From assembly GCA_964534375.1 (NCBI GenBank), contig CAZHPN010000004.1, positions 19,120 through 79,560 on the forward strand: a stretch of DNA of 60,441 nt. The letters are read 5' to 3'. Made by a program: the position numbers and the translations under genes. The notes under the pieces are model-generated. The model made no database searches. It had not been told where the DNA came from and worked only from the letters and a program-made list of their open reading frames with translations. Below are positions 29,564 through 40,700 of this stretch, one piece after another (the first letter of the stretch is position 1; every line of letters starts with the position of its first letter). Origin of the DNA: an uncultured bacterium. Its GTDB lineage: Bacteria; Lernaellota; Lernaellaia; Lernaellales; Lernaellaceae.

Positions 29564-31240
29564 ATGATTTCGACGCATCGTAGTCCCAGGTTCCTGATCC
29601 TGATCGTTTTCTTCTTGTCTTGCTGCGGCGCGTGGGCCGCGTCCGCCGAGGCGCAGGGCGCCTATCAAGCCGACATCGATGCCGCCGTGGCGGCGATCTC
29701 GCCCGCCGGCTGGCAACAGCAACAAGCCCGCTTCGCGGCGGCGCAGGCCGCGGATCCGTATTTCCGCGTCGAATCGGTCGAGGAATTCGTCAAGATCCAC
29801 GCGTGGCGCCGCGCGTTCGTCAACGACGGCGTGGTGACGCACGCCTTCCGCACGGAGACCGGCGACGAAATTTACTGCGTCGACGTCAAGACGCAACGGG
29901 CGATTTTCGCCGCCGGCGACGATCCGGATCATCTGCCGTCGCCGCCGCTCGTGCAGCGCCGGCCGGCCGACCTCGCCGGACGCGACGGCGAACATTCGCT
30001 AGCCACCGGCAGCGCGAATCTGGACGGCTCGCTCGACGCCGACGGCGCCGTGCGGCAATGCCGCCCCGGCGCGTTTCCGAAACTGATCCGGCCGGTCGAG
30101 TATTATTACCGCTACCGGACGTTGGCCGACATCTTCAAGAAAAATCGGGACGCGGCCGCGACCGCGCCGCCCTTCGGCGGCGTTCGCTCGACGGACGGCT
30201 ATGACTGGGCCGTGGTGGAGAACAATGTCGACAACTATGGTCAGGAAGCCGACTTCAACCTGTGGCAGAATTACACGATGTTCGCGATCGAACATTCGCT
30301 GGCGCAGATGTGGAACCTCGGCGATTACGGCCAAAGCGACATGCAATCCGCCGAGACCGGGATCATTCACAGCGTCGACGTCAACAACAACGACGACATG
30401 TGCCTGTTCATTTACTGGACGGCGGACGACTACGTAACCACGGGTTGTTACGACCTCGACTGCGTCGGCTTCGTGCAAACGGACAACTCGGTCGTTCTCG
30501 GCGGGCCGTTCCAGAATTACAGCGTCTTCGGCGGCGAACAGTATCACGTGACCATCGGTTTTATTCGCAACGAGTCGAACGGCAACTGGTATCTGTACAT
30601 CAACGGCAAGTCGATCGGCTATTATCCAGGCAGCCTTTACAATGGCGGCCCGTTGTCGCGGCACGGCGACGTGCTGTACATGGGCGGCGAAGTCTACGAA
30701 TATCCGACGACGTACGTGACGTTGGAAGACATGGGCAGCGGCCGGTTTCCCAGCGAGGGTTGGCAATACGCGGCGTTCATCCAAAACATGCAATATTACG
30801 ACCTGAGCTCGACGGCGCAGGACGCGTACGGTTTGACGGCGAACGCGACGAATCCGACCTACTGGAACATCGGGGCGGTGAGCTACTCGGGCGGCGCCAA
30901 CCTCGAGGGTGTCAGTTTCTATTACGGCGGCCCCGGCAGCATCGACTGCAACACGACGAGTTGCCCGGCCGGTTGCTGCGACGCCAACCACAATTGCCAA
31001 CCCGGATACGCCGACGCCGCCTGCGGCCAAGGCGCCGCGCAATGCGTGCAGTGCCCCGCCGGCGACGTGTGCACGAACAGGGCGTGCGTTCCCGACGACG
31101 ACGACAATGACGACAACGACGACAACGACGATAACGACGACAACGACACGGCCGACGACGACGACAACGACGACAACGATGCGTCGCCGGCGCCGCACAA
31201 GCAGGTCCACACGACGAAACGCTCCGGCTGCGGCGCCTAA
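29564..31240 (+). CDS. Secreted neprosin-family glutamic peptidase with Cys-rich and Asp-rich C-terminal region
   Basis: Signal peptide; propeptide GDEIYCVDVKTQ; QSAETG, LFIYWTADDYVTTGCYDLDCVGFVQT, GGEV, MGSGRFP; AAGGAG RBS. Confidence 0.85.
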   Translation: MISTHRSPRFLILIVFFLSCCGAWAASAEAQGAYQADIDAAVAAISPAGWQQQQARFAAAQAADPYFRVESVEEFVKIHAWRRAFVNDGVVTHAFRTETGDEIYCVDVKTQRAIFAAGDDPDHLPSPPLVQRRPADLAGRDGEHSLATGSANLDGSLDADGAVRQCRPGAFPKLIRPVEYYYRYRTLADIFKKNRDAAATAPPFGGVRSTDGYDWAVVENNVDNYGQEADFNLWQNYTMFAIEHSLAQMWNLGDYGQSDMQSAETGIIHSVDVNNNDDMCLFIYWTADDYVTTGCYDLDCVGFVQTDNSVVLGGPFQNYSVFGGEQYHVTIGFIRNESNGNWYLYINGKSIGYYPGSLYNGGPLSRHGDVLYMGGEVYEYPTTYVTLEDMGSGRFPSEGWQYAAFIQNMQYYDLSSTAQDAYGLTANATNPTYWNIGAVSYSGGANLEGVSFYYGGPGSIDCNTTSCPAGCCDANHNCQPGYADAACGQGAAQCVQCPAGDVCTNRACVPDDDDNDDNDDNDDNDDNDTADDDDNDDNDASPAPHKQVHTTKRSGCGA

Positions 31241-31292
31241 CGCCGCACGGCCGGAATTTACGGTCGGGGAGCTGATCACGGAGGGAGTTCGC

Positions 31293-31607
31293 ATGCGTTG
31301 GCATCATTACCTGGCCTACTTCTTCGGCGGCGCATTCTTGGCGAACGCCATTCCCCATTTCGTGAGCGGCGTCACCGGGCATCCGTTTCAAAGCCCGTTC
31401 GCGTCGCCGCCCGGCGAAGGGCTGTCCCCGGCGTGGGTCAATGTGCTGTGGGGCTTCGCCAATCTCGTCGTCGCCTACTTGCTCCTGGGCCGGGTCGGCG
31501 AGTTCCAATTCCGCCGCTGGCGTCACATCCTGCTCGCCGGCGCAGGCGTCCTGGCCACGGGGCTGATGGCCGCGTACAACTTCGGCCGGTTCTACAACGG
31601 TCGATGA
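31293..31607 (+). CDS. Small membrane protein
   Basis: Three hydrophobic segments; FLANAIPHFVSGVTGHPFQSPFA; GGAG RBS. Confidence 0.8.
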   Translation: MRWHHYLAYFFGGAFLANAIPHFVSGVTGHPFQSPFASPPGEGLSPAWVNVLWGFANLVVAYLLLGRVGEFQFRRWRHILLAGAGVLATGLMAAYNFGRFYNGR

Positions 31608-31724
31608 GACCGACGAGATTACCCCTGGTCTGAACCAAGCGCGACGCCTTGACGATTGACCCCGGCCGTGGTTTTCTAAATGCCTTTTGAATGTCCTGGA
31701 TTGGGGATTGGGTTCGTTGAACCG

Positions 31725-33080
31725 ATGACCGAGGAACTCTACCGACAAATCGCCGCCTGGCGGCTTGAACTGGAGCGCTCTCCGGGCCGGCGGATGCACT
31801 ACCGCCTCGCGGAAGCGCTGCTTGCCGTCGGTCGGCCGCGCGAGGCGCTGGAAATCGCCGAAAAAGGCCTGGCGTCGCAGCCGCGATACCTCGCGTGTTT
31901 GGACGTGAAGGGCCAGGCGCTGCTGGCGATGCACCGCTGGCGCGAGGCTGCGGCCGTATTTTCTTCGATGGCCGAACGCGTCGATTCGATCGAAGTTCGG
32001 CGGCAATGGGCGACGGCGCTGCTGGGCGCCGGCGAAGAGGCGCAGGCGCGCGAAATCGCCGAACTGATTTTGCAGTCGAATCCGCTGGACGCCGAGACCC
32101 GCCGGCTGTTGTCGCTGGGCGTCGCCGCGTTGCCGGAGCTGATTGCGGAGGACCGTCCCTTGCCCGACATTCCGGCGGCCGTTGCCCAGACGCCTGCGGG
32201 CGCTCCGCCGGCCCCCGAATCGTCGCGCAGCCCCTATGCCTGGCCGCCGCTCGACGTTGACACGCGGCCGACGCCGGCGCCCGCGCCGCGCCCGGCCGCG
32301 CCGGAGAAACCCCCGCCGCCGCCCGCGGCAGCCGAAGCCGAGCCGGAGTTAGACGCTGTGACGACCGACGAAACGGATCGTCTCGTCGAAAATTTCTTCG
32401 CGCCGTTGCTCGTCGCGGCCGAACCGCCGACAGCGGAGGCCCCGCCGCGCGAACCGCTCGCCGAATTGCGGCCCGTTGAAGGCGGGCCGCCCGCGGGCCC
32501 GCCGGGCGACGGCGAGTCGCCGGCGCCCGTGACGCCGCCCGTCGTTCTCCCGCTCGTCGCGTTCACCGAGACGGCAACCGTTGCGCCCGGCATCGCGGAC
32601 AGCGCCGAACCGGCCCAGGAGTACGACCCCACGATGGAAATGGACCAGGACGTCGATGTCGGCGAAGTCGATGTTTTTGGCGACATCGCCAGCGGTCACG
32701 CGTCCGCCGCGCCGCCCGCGGAAACACCGCTTCCACTCGCACCGCCGCTGCCCGCGGAGCCGATGGCAACGCCCGCTGCCATGGCGGTCGCAGCGTCGCT
32801 CGCAGAGCCGCTGACGATGCCTATCGCAACGGCGGTTGCGGCGCCGCTCGCGGAGCCGTTGACAACGCCTGCCGCCGCGGCGGTTGCCGCGCCGCCGGCC
32901 GAACCGCCGCCGACGCCGGTCGCAACGGCGGTGGCGCCCGCCGCACCGCAGGCAGCCGAAGGCGGAACGAGCGCCCCGGCGCCGGAACCGGAACGCGCCG
33001 ACGCTTCGCGCGCGGCCGTTGACGATAAGCAGAAAAAAAAATGGGGCTTCTGGAAGCGCTGGTTGAAGCGGAAGGAGTGA
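31725..33080 (+). CDS. TPR-domain protein with Pro/Ala/Glu-rich disordered C-terminus
   Basis: N-terminal TPR-like helices, then low-complexity sequence with repeated AVAAPLAEPLTT units. Confidence 0.7.
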   Translation: MTEELYRQIAAWRLELERSPGRRMHYRLAEALLAVGRPREALEIAEKGLASQPRYLACLDVKGQALLAMHRWREAAAVFSSMAERVDSIEVRRQWATALLGAGEEAQAREIAELILQSNPLDAETRRLLSLGVAALPELIAEDRPLPDIPAAVAQTPAGAPPAPESSRSPYAWPPLDVDTRPTPAPAPRPAAPEKPPPPPAAAEAEPELDAVTTDETDRLVENFFAPLLVAAEPPTAEAPPREPLAELRPVEGGPPAGPPGDGESPAPVTPPVVLPLVAFTETATVAPGIADSAEPAQEYDPTMEMDQDVDVGEVDVFGDIASGHASAAPPAETPLPLAPPLPAEPMATPAAMAVAASLAEPLTMPIATAVAAPLAEPLTTPAAAAVAAPPAEPPPTPVATAVAPAAPQAAEGGTSAPAPEPERADASRAAVDDKQKKKWGFWKRWLKRKE

Positions 33081-33084
33081 GACG

Positions 33085-33546
33085 ATGGCACGGAAGAACA
33101 TCCGCCGGATCAAGGTGATTCACGGGCCTTTGCTCGATCGTTTGGGCGAGCGGGAAACGGACCTCTACGGTTCCGAACCCATGGACGAGATCAACGCGTC
33201 CTTGATTGCCATGGGCAAGGCGCGCGGCGTCGAGGTGGATTGCTTTCAATCCAATGACGAGGGGCGCTTGGTCACCGAGATCGCCAACGTCCGCGGCAAC
33301 TACAACTTCGTCATCTTGAATCCGGCGGCGTACTCGCATACGAGCGTCGCGATCTACGACGCCGTCATTTTCTCCCAAACGCCGACCGTTGAAGTGCACC
33401 TTTCCAATCTTTCGCGCCGCGAACCGTTCCGCCGCGAGAGCACGATCTCCAGCGCCGTCGTCGGCCGCATCGAGGGGCTCGGCCCCGACGGTTATCGGCT
33501 CGCGATGCAGTATTGCCTGGAAAGGCTGGTGGGAAATGCCATCTAG
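33085..33546 (+). CDS. aroQ: Type II 3-dehydroquinate dehydratase
   Basis: LGERETDLYG, FQSNDEG, NPAAYSHTSVA, EVHLSN..RREPFR. Confidence 0.92.
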   Translation: MARKNIRRIKVIHGPLLDRLGERETDLYGSEPMDEINASLIAMGKARGVEVDCFQSNDEGRLVTEIANVRGNYNFVILNPAAYSHTSVAIYDAVIFSQTPTVEVHLSNLSRREPFRRESTISSAVVGRIEGLGPDGYRLAMQYCLERLVGNAI

Positions 33547-34612
33547 GCTGGACCGGCTGCGCGCCGCACTAGCCGCAAGAAAGGTCGACGCGGCGTTGAT
33601 CAGCTCGCCGCCAAACGTCCGCTACCTGAGCGGCTTCACCGGCACGGAAGGATCGCTGCTGATCACCGATCGCGAGGCGCTGTTTTTGACCGATTCGCGC
33701 TACACCGAACAGGCGGGCGAACAAGTTGCGCCGCGCGGCTTTTCGGTGATCACGTTCAAGCAAAAGTTCAAGGAGATCGGCCAACAACTCGTGCGCCTCG
33801 GCGTCCGGAGCCTGGGCTACGAAGACGAGACCACAACGGTCGTCCAACAGAAGCAGTTGGCGGCGGAGCTCGGCGGCGCGGCCCTGGAGCCGCTAGGCAA
33901 GCTGGCGACGAACCTGCGCGTGATCAAAGACGCGGGCGAAATAGCCGCGATTCGCCGCGCCGTGAAGGTGCAGGAGCAGGCGCTGGAGATGACGGCGCCG
34001 GCGATTCGGCCGGGCGAATCCGAATGGGACTTCGCGCTGGCTCTTGAGTTCGAAATGCGCCGCCTGGGCGCCTCGGCCGTCAGCTTCGAAACCATCGTCG
34101 GTTCCGGCCCGCGCGGGGCCATGCCGCACGGAGTCGCCTCCGAAAAGAAGATCGCGGCCGGCGAGATGGTCGTCATCGATTGGGGCTGCCTCGTCGATGG
34201 TTATTGTTCCGACCAAACGATCACCGTCGCGGTCGGCGAACCGAGCGATCCGGACGCGCGGGCGGTTTACGACATCGTCCGTCGGGCGCAGCAGGCCGGC
34301 CTCGACGCAGTTCGACCGGGCGCCGAGTTCAAAGCCATCGACAAAGCCGCGCGCGAGGTGATCGTCGACGCGGGCTACGGCGAGCGGTTCGGCCACGGCA
34401 CGGGCCACGCGCTCGGCTTGGAAATTCACGAAGAGCCGCGCGTCAGTCCGCTGGGCGTCGGCACGGCGGAAGTCGGCATGGTTTTCACGATCGAACCGGG
34501 CATCTATTTGCCGGGGCGTTTCGGGGTGCGGCTGGAAGACATTGTGCTGGTTACGGAACGGGGCGGCGAACGCCTGACGGGTCTCTCCAAGGATTGGCGT
34601 TCGGCGCTCTGA
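33536..34612 (+). CDS. Xaa-Pro aminopeptidase (M24B)
   Basis: YLSGFTG, DGYCSDQT, HGTGHALGLEIHE, FTIEPGIY, GVRLED. Confidence 0.93.
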   Translation: MPSRLDRLRAALAARKVDAALISSPPNVRYLSGFTGTEGSLLITDREALFLTDSRYTEQAGEQVAPRGFSVITFKQKFKEIGQQLVRLGVRSLGYEDETTTVVQQKQLAAELGGAALEPLGKLATNLRVIKDAGEIAAIRRAVKVQEQALEMTAPAIRPGESEWDFALALEFEMRRLGASAVSFETIVGSGPRGAMPHGVASEKKIAAGEMVVIDWGCLVDGYCSDQTITVAVGEPSDPDARAVYDIVRRAQQAGLDAVRPGAEFKAIDKAAREVIVDAGYGERFGHGTGHALGLEIHEEPRVSPLGVGTAEVGMVFTIEPGIYLPGRFGVRLEDIVLVTERGGERLTGLSKDWRSAL

Positions 34613-34785
34613 GACAAGGGCGGAGACTTGATTGCCAAAGGGGAATCAAGTAGGGTCGCGGACTGAGGCTAGGGTGGAAGCTTCACCATCCGCCGAGGCG
34701 AGTTGGCGGCAACTCGTCATTGGTGCGCGATCGATAGATTGAATAGAACGCGGCGACCGGTTATCCGAATCACGGGAGTGCAGTC

Positions 34786-37700
34786 TTGGCCAAGGACACC
34801 AAAAAGAAAAAAGACGGTGGTTTGCTGCAAAAACTTCGCGGGCCCAAGCAGCCGAAGACGGACCCCGAACTCCAGGCGCTGCTCACCGAAGTGCAGGCCG
34901 ACGCGAGCAACATGCGGGCGCGGCTAAAACTCGCCGACTACTACAAGAAAATCGAGGACACCGCGCATGCCCTCGACCAATATTTGACGGTCGCCGAGAC
35001 GTACGCCGAAAAGGGCTTTTATCCCAAAGCCATCGCGGTTTACAAGCAAGCGCTGCAAATCAAACCGAACATCATCGACGCCTATCTCAAACTGGCCACG
35101 CTGTACCACAAACTCGGGCTGATGCCGGAAGTCGTCGAACAATATCAAAAGGCGGCGGTTGTCTACGAACAACAGGGCAAGGAACGCGAGGCGCTCGACA
35201 TCCGCCGGATGATGCTCGATCTCGATCCGACCAACGTTGTGGGCCGCCTCAAACTCGGCCAGCGCTATCTGGAAAAAGGCTTCGTGACCGAGGCGACGGC
35301 GGAATTTCTGCGGGTCGCCGACGTGTTCGAGAAGCAAGGCAAGACGGCCGAACTGCAAAAACTGCTGGAAGGCGTGCTGGACCGCGGGCTGGAAAATTTC
35401 GACGTTCTGTACCGGCTGGTCGAACTGTACCGTACGCAGGGCCATCCGGAACTCGCGCTGGTCCGCCTGGCGAAGCTGTCCGGCGAACTCGCCGGGAGCA
35501 GCAGCACCCTCGAGTTGACCGCCGAAATCGCCGAGGAACTGGGCAAACCGGCCGTCGCGATCCGCGCGCTGGAACGCGCCAGCGAACTGTACTTGCAAAG
35601 CGGCCGCCGCGACAAAGTCGGCGCGATTTGCCGTCACATTCTCGAACTGGACGCGGCCAACCCCTACGCCGTCGCCCGCGTCGCCGAGATCGGCGCGGCG
35701 CCGGCGCCGGCCGAACGCCGCCGCCGAGCTCCGGCCGAGGAAGCGCCGCGCGCCGAGGTCCAACCGCCGCCGGCCGCCATCCAGCCGCCCCGGGCCGCTC
35801 CCCAGCCGCCGCGCGCCGCCGTCCAACCGCCGCGGGCGGCCGTCGCCGCTCCGCCGGCCGCTCCCGCCGGGCCGGCGGAAGAAGAGGTCGTCGAAGAAGA
35901 AATCGTCATCGACGAAATCCCGATCGAAATCGAGGAGGAAACCCCGGAGGCCGCTGCTTCGGCCGCCGACGAAACCGTAATCGAAGAAATCGTTCTCGAC
36001 GAACTGCCGCCCACGCCGCCCCTCGCGACGGCCGCTGAACCCGAAGTCGAAGAGTTCGCGGTCGAAGTGGGGCCGCTGCCCGAACGCGCCGCCGAGCCGG
36101 TCGAAGCCGCCGCCATCGACGCCGCACCGACCGAAGCTGCCGCCGTCGAAGCCGCGGCCCCGGAAGCGCCGGCGGAAGAGATCGCATTCGACGTCGAGCC
36201 AGCGGTCGAAGAGGCGCCGGCCGCCGAGGAAACCGGGCCGGAGCAGATCGATCTGACCGGCATGAGCGAAGAAGAAGCGGCGGCCCGCCTCGAAGAAGCC
36301 ATCGACATCTACCTGAAATACAACCTCCGCGACAAGGCGATCGAATACCTGAATCTGGCGCTGGAACGTCACCGCGAATCGCTGCCGATCCTCGAAAAAC
36401 TCATGGTTGTGCATCGCGACGGCGGCGACGAAGCGAAAGCGGACGAATTGCTCGACCGCTTGATCGACCGCGCCCAGCATCTCGATCTCCCCGACAAACT
36501 CGAACAGTACCTCTCGCGCAAAGTCGAATACGCGCCGGACGATCTGGCGGCGGCGCGCCGCCTGGCCGATTTCTACGTCGTGCGCGAACCCGACCGCGCC
36601 GTCGTTCACCTGTTCGACATCGCCAATCGCTGCCGCGATCTCAACCGTGTCGCGGACGCCGAAGAGGCGCTCGGCAAAATTCTCGAACTCGATCCGGAGA
36701 ACCTCGGCGCGCGCCAGGAATTGCTCGACATCTATGAGCAGTCCGGGCAAATCGACAACGCGGTCGCCGAACTTTTCCGCCTCGCCGAACAAGCCCGCGA
36801 CGCCGGCGAAGCGGCCGACGCCGAAGCGTACGGCCAGCGCATCCTCGCCCATCGGCCTCTGGACGAAAAAGCGCAGGACGAACTGCTGCACCTCTACGCC
36901 TCGACCAGAGACGCCGCTAAAGAAACCGAACTGTTGCGGCGCCTGGTCGAGCGCAGCGCCGGCGCCGGCGCGATCGACCGGGCCATCGACCTGAGCGGCC
37001 GGCTGCTCGCGCTGGATCCCGCCGACGTGGCCGTCCGCAGCCGTTTGAAAGACCTGCACCTCGAACGAAACGACGCGCCAGCGGCTGTCGCGCAACTGGC
37101 GGAAATCGCCCGCCTCGCCGCCGAAAATTCCCGCCACGGCGCGGCGATCGACGCGTGGCGCGAAACCCTGCGCCTCGATCCGGCCAATACGCGGGCCCAC
37201 GAAGGTCTCCGCGATTTATACCTGGCGACGGGCGACAACGACGGCGCGCTCGCCGAGATCATGACCCTGGCCAAAGCCGCCCTCGACGCCCGCGACCTCG
37301 AAAGCGCGCTGCGGAATTTCAATCAGGCGCTGGAGATCGATCCGCGGAACGAGTCGGCGCTGCGGCGCAAGATCGGCGTGCTGCGCGACCTGGATCGCGC
37401 GCCCGAGGCCGTCGAACTGCTCTTCCGCATCGCGCTCGACATGGAACGCTCGGGCGAAACCGGCAAGGCCGAAACCGCCTTGCGCGACGTGCTGGCGATC
37501 GAACCCGATTCGCTCGCGGCGCACCGCGCGTTGAAAGACCTCTATCTTAACGCGGGCGTCGCGGCGAAGGCCGTCGCGGAGTTGCAGCATCTGGCCGCGG
37601 CCGCCGAAAAAGAGGGCGACAACGATGCGGCGCTGACATATTGGGGCGAGATTTCCGGCGTCGATCCGGACAACCTCGAGGCGCGGCAAGGCATTGTTCG

Positions 37701-40700
37701 CCTGCACGTCGCGGCCGGCGACATCGACAAAGCCGTGGCGGAACTGCTGGCGGTCGCGCGTCTGCAGGAACAGCGCGGCGACCGCGACTCCGCCATGCAG
37801 ACCCTCGCCCGTGCGCTGGAACACGTGCCGGACAACGAAACCGCCGGCGCGCATCTCATCGACCTCTCGCTCGAAACGGGCCGCGTCGACCAAGCCGTCG
37901 AGTTGTTGGTGGCGGCCGGCGATCGCGCTTACGACGCCAACCGTCTCTCGCAGGCCCGCGACTTCTTCGCCCGCGCCGTCCACCACCAGCCGCAGGCCGC
38001 CGTCGCCCGCGAAAAACTCGTCGACGTGCATCTGGCCCTGCATCAAAACGGCGAAGCCGTCGAACAGTTGTTCGAGTTGGCCGAGTTGCGCCGGGCGGCG
38101 GGCGAGGCGGGTCGCGTCGAAGAAACGTACCAACAGATCCTCCGCCTCGATGCGGAAAACGCCCGCGCGGCGACGGCCCTCAAAGATTACTACATCGCCG
38201 CCGGCCGTCTCGACGCCGGCCTCGACATGCTGTTCGGGTTCGTCGCTCGCGAACGCCAGGCCGGCGATCTCGACCGCGCCCGCCGGCATGCCCTGGAAAT
38301 GCTGCGCCTCGCCGAAGACGACCGCCGCGCCCTGCAGGCGCTGGCGGAAATGGCGTTGGAGAGCGGCGACGCCGGGGAAGCCGCCGACCGCTACCTGCAA
38401 CTGGCGACCCTGGCCGAAGAAGGCCGCCGCGCCGACGACGCCGCGCTGTGGCTGGGCAAGATCATCGCCATTGACAGCGGCTCCGAGATGGCGCGCCATC
38501 GCCTGAAGGACCTGCTGCTCGGCGCCGGCAAGCAAGCCGAGGCGGTCGAGCAATTGTTCGCCCTGGCCGACTTGGCGGCCCGCCGCAACGACCCCGACGA
38601 AGCCAAGAACCAGTTCCGCGAAGTGCTCGCCATCGAGCCGGAGAACGAGGCGGCGCTCGAGTTGCTGGTCAACCTGATGATCGCCGCCGGCGAAGGCGGC
38701 GAGGCGCTCGGCGAGATGTTCCAACTGGCGGTCATGGCCGAAACCAAAGGCGACTACCAGCGCGCCGAACGCTACCTCGCGCAAATCCTGGCGCTTGACC
38801 CGGCCAATGGCGCGGCGCTCGAACAACTCAGCCGCATCCACATCGCCGCCGGCGACACCGGCCAGGCCGTGCGCGAACTGTTCCAACTCGAAAACGCCGC
38901 CGAGCAGCGCTACGACCTCGAAAGCGCTCTCGCGCTGGTGGATCGCATTCGCGACCTCGACCCGGAGAACCTCTCCGCGCTCGGCAAGAAGGCCGAGTTG
39001 GAAGAAATGCTCGGCCGCGGCGACGCGGCGGTCGAGGCCCTGCTCGTCCTGGCCGACGCGCAGATCAATCGCGGCCTGCTCGACGACGCGACGCGCGCCT
39101 TGCGCAATGCGCAAAAGCTGGCTCCGCGCGAAAAAACCGTCCACGCCAAGCTGCTTGGCCTGCTGGCCGACGCCGGCGAACCGCGCCCCGTCATCGACGA
39201 ATTGCTGCGGTTCTACGGGCCCGACATCGAAGCCGGCGATCTCGCGACGACGATCGAGACGGCGCAACGGATTGTCGACCTCGATCCCAAATTCGAGCGC
39301 GCCCACCGCCTGCTGGCCGACGCCTTTCGCGCGCAGGGCAAGCGCGTCGAGGCGCTCGACGAATTGTTTGTCCTCGCGGACCTCGCCGGCGCGGAAGACC
39401 GCGGCGCCGACGTCGAGGCGCTGCTCAAAGAAGCGCTCGCCTTGGACGAGACCAATCGGCACGCGGCCGAAAAGCTGGCGCAGTTCTATATCGAGAACGA
39501 TCGCGCCGCCGCCGCCGTGCGGTTGCTGCTAGCCTTCGGCGATGCGCTGCAAACCTCCGAGAACCACGTCGCCGCCCGCGAAGCCTACGAACGCGCGTTG
39601 CAACTCGAAGACGGCAACCCCGACGCGTTGCGCAAATTGCGCGATTCGTATCTCTCGACCGCCGATCTCGCCGAAGCCGTCGATGTGCTATTCCGCACGG
39701 TCGCGGCCGCCGATGCCCGTCACGAACCGGAGAAGGCGTTGGCCGCCTTGGAAGAAATCGTCACCCACGACGAACGCAACGAACCGGCCATTCGCGCCCT
39801 GAAAACCCGCTACCTCCAACTCGAACAGCCCGCCAAGGCCGTCCAGTTGCTGTTTGCCGCCGACCGCGCGTTCGGGCCGATCTGGCGCCACGACGAGCGG
39901 CTGTCCAACATCGAAGAAATCCTCGAGATCGAGCCGCAAAATCGGGCGGCGCTCCGGCTGCTCGCCGACCTGCAAAAGGAAGGCGAGTTTTACGGGGCGG
40001 CCGTGGCGACGCTCGCCCGTTTGGGCGACCTCTTCGAAACCGCCGGCGACGAAGCCGAAGCGGAAGCGATCTGGCGCGAGATCCTCGCCGTCGATCCGCA
40101 GGATTTCGCCGCGCACGACCGCCTGGCGGACCGCCACCGGCGCCGCGGCGACCTCGACGCGCTGGCCGAAGAACTGTTCGCGATGGCCGAGTTGCGCCGC
40201 GTCGCCGAGGATCCCGACGGCGCCGAACGCCTGCTGCGCGAGGCCACCGCAAGCGAACGTCATCAAACCGCGGCCTGGGAGCGGCTCGCCGAATTGTTCG
40301 CCGCCACGGGCCAGGTCGGCAAGCAATTGGAGGTCCGTTTCCACGCCGCCGAAGCGGCCGCGACGCGCGGCGAGGTTGCGGAAGCCGAAGCGGCCTACCA
40401 GGAAATCCTCGCGGCCAACGCCGAAAACCGACGCGCGCGCGAGGCGCTCATCAACCTGTACGTCGCCCAGCAGCGCGGCGCCGACGCGGCCGGACAGGCG
40501 CTCGTGCTGGCCGATCGCGCCCGCAAAGAGGGCCAGGTCGCCGAAGCGATCGCGTGGCTCGAACGCACCCTCGCCTACGAGCCGATCAACGCCAAAGCGC
40601 GCCGCCGCCTGAAGAATCTGCTCGTCGAAGACGGTCAGATCGAGCGCGCGGTCTCCCAATTGCGCTTGCTCGCCGAAGCGGCGGAAAAAATGGAGGCGCT

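Noticed and set aside
34613..34785. Structured leader upstream of the giant TPR gene
   Set aside because: Only two short hairpins; no motif or second copy to support it.
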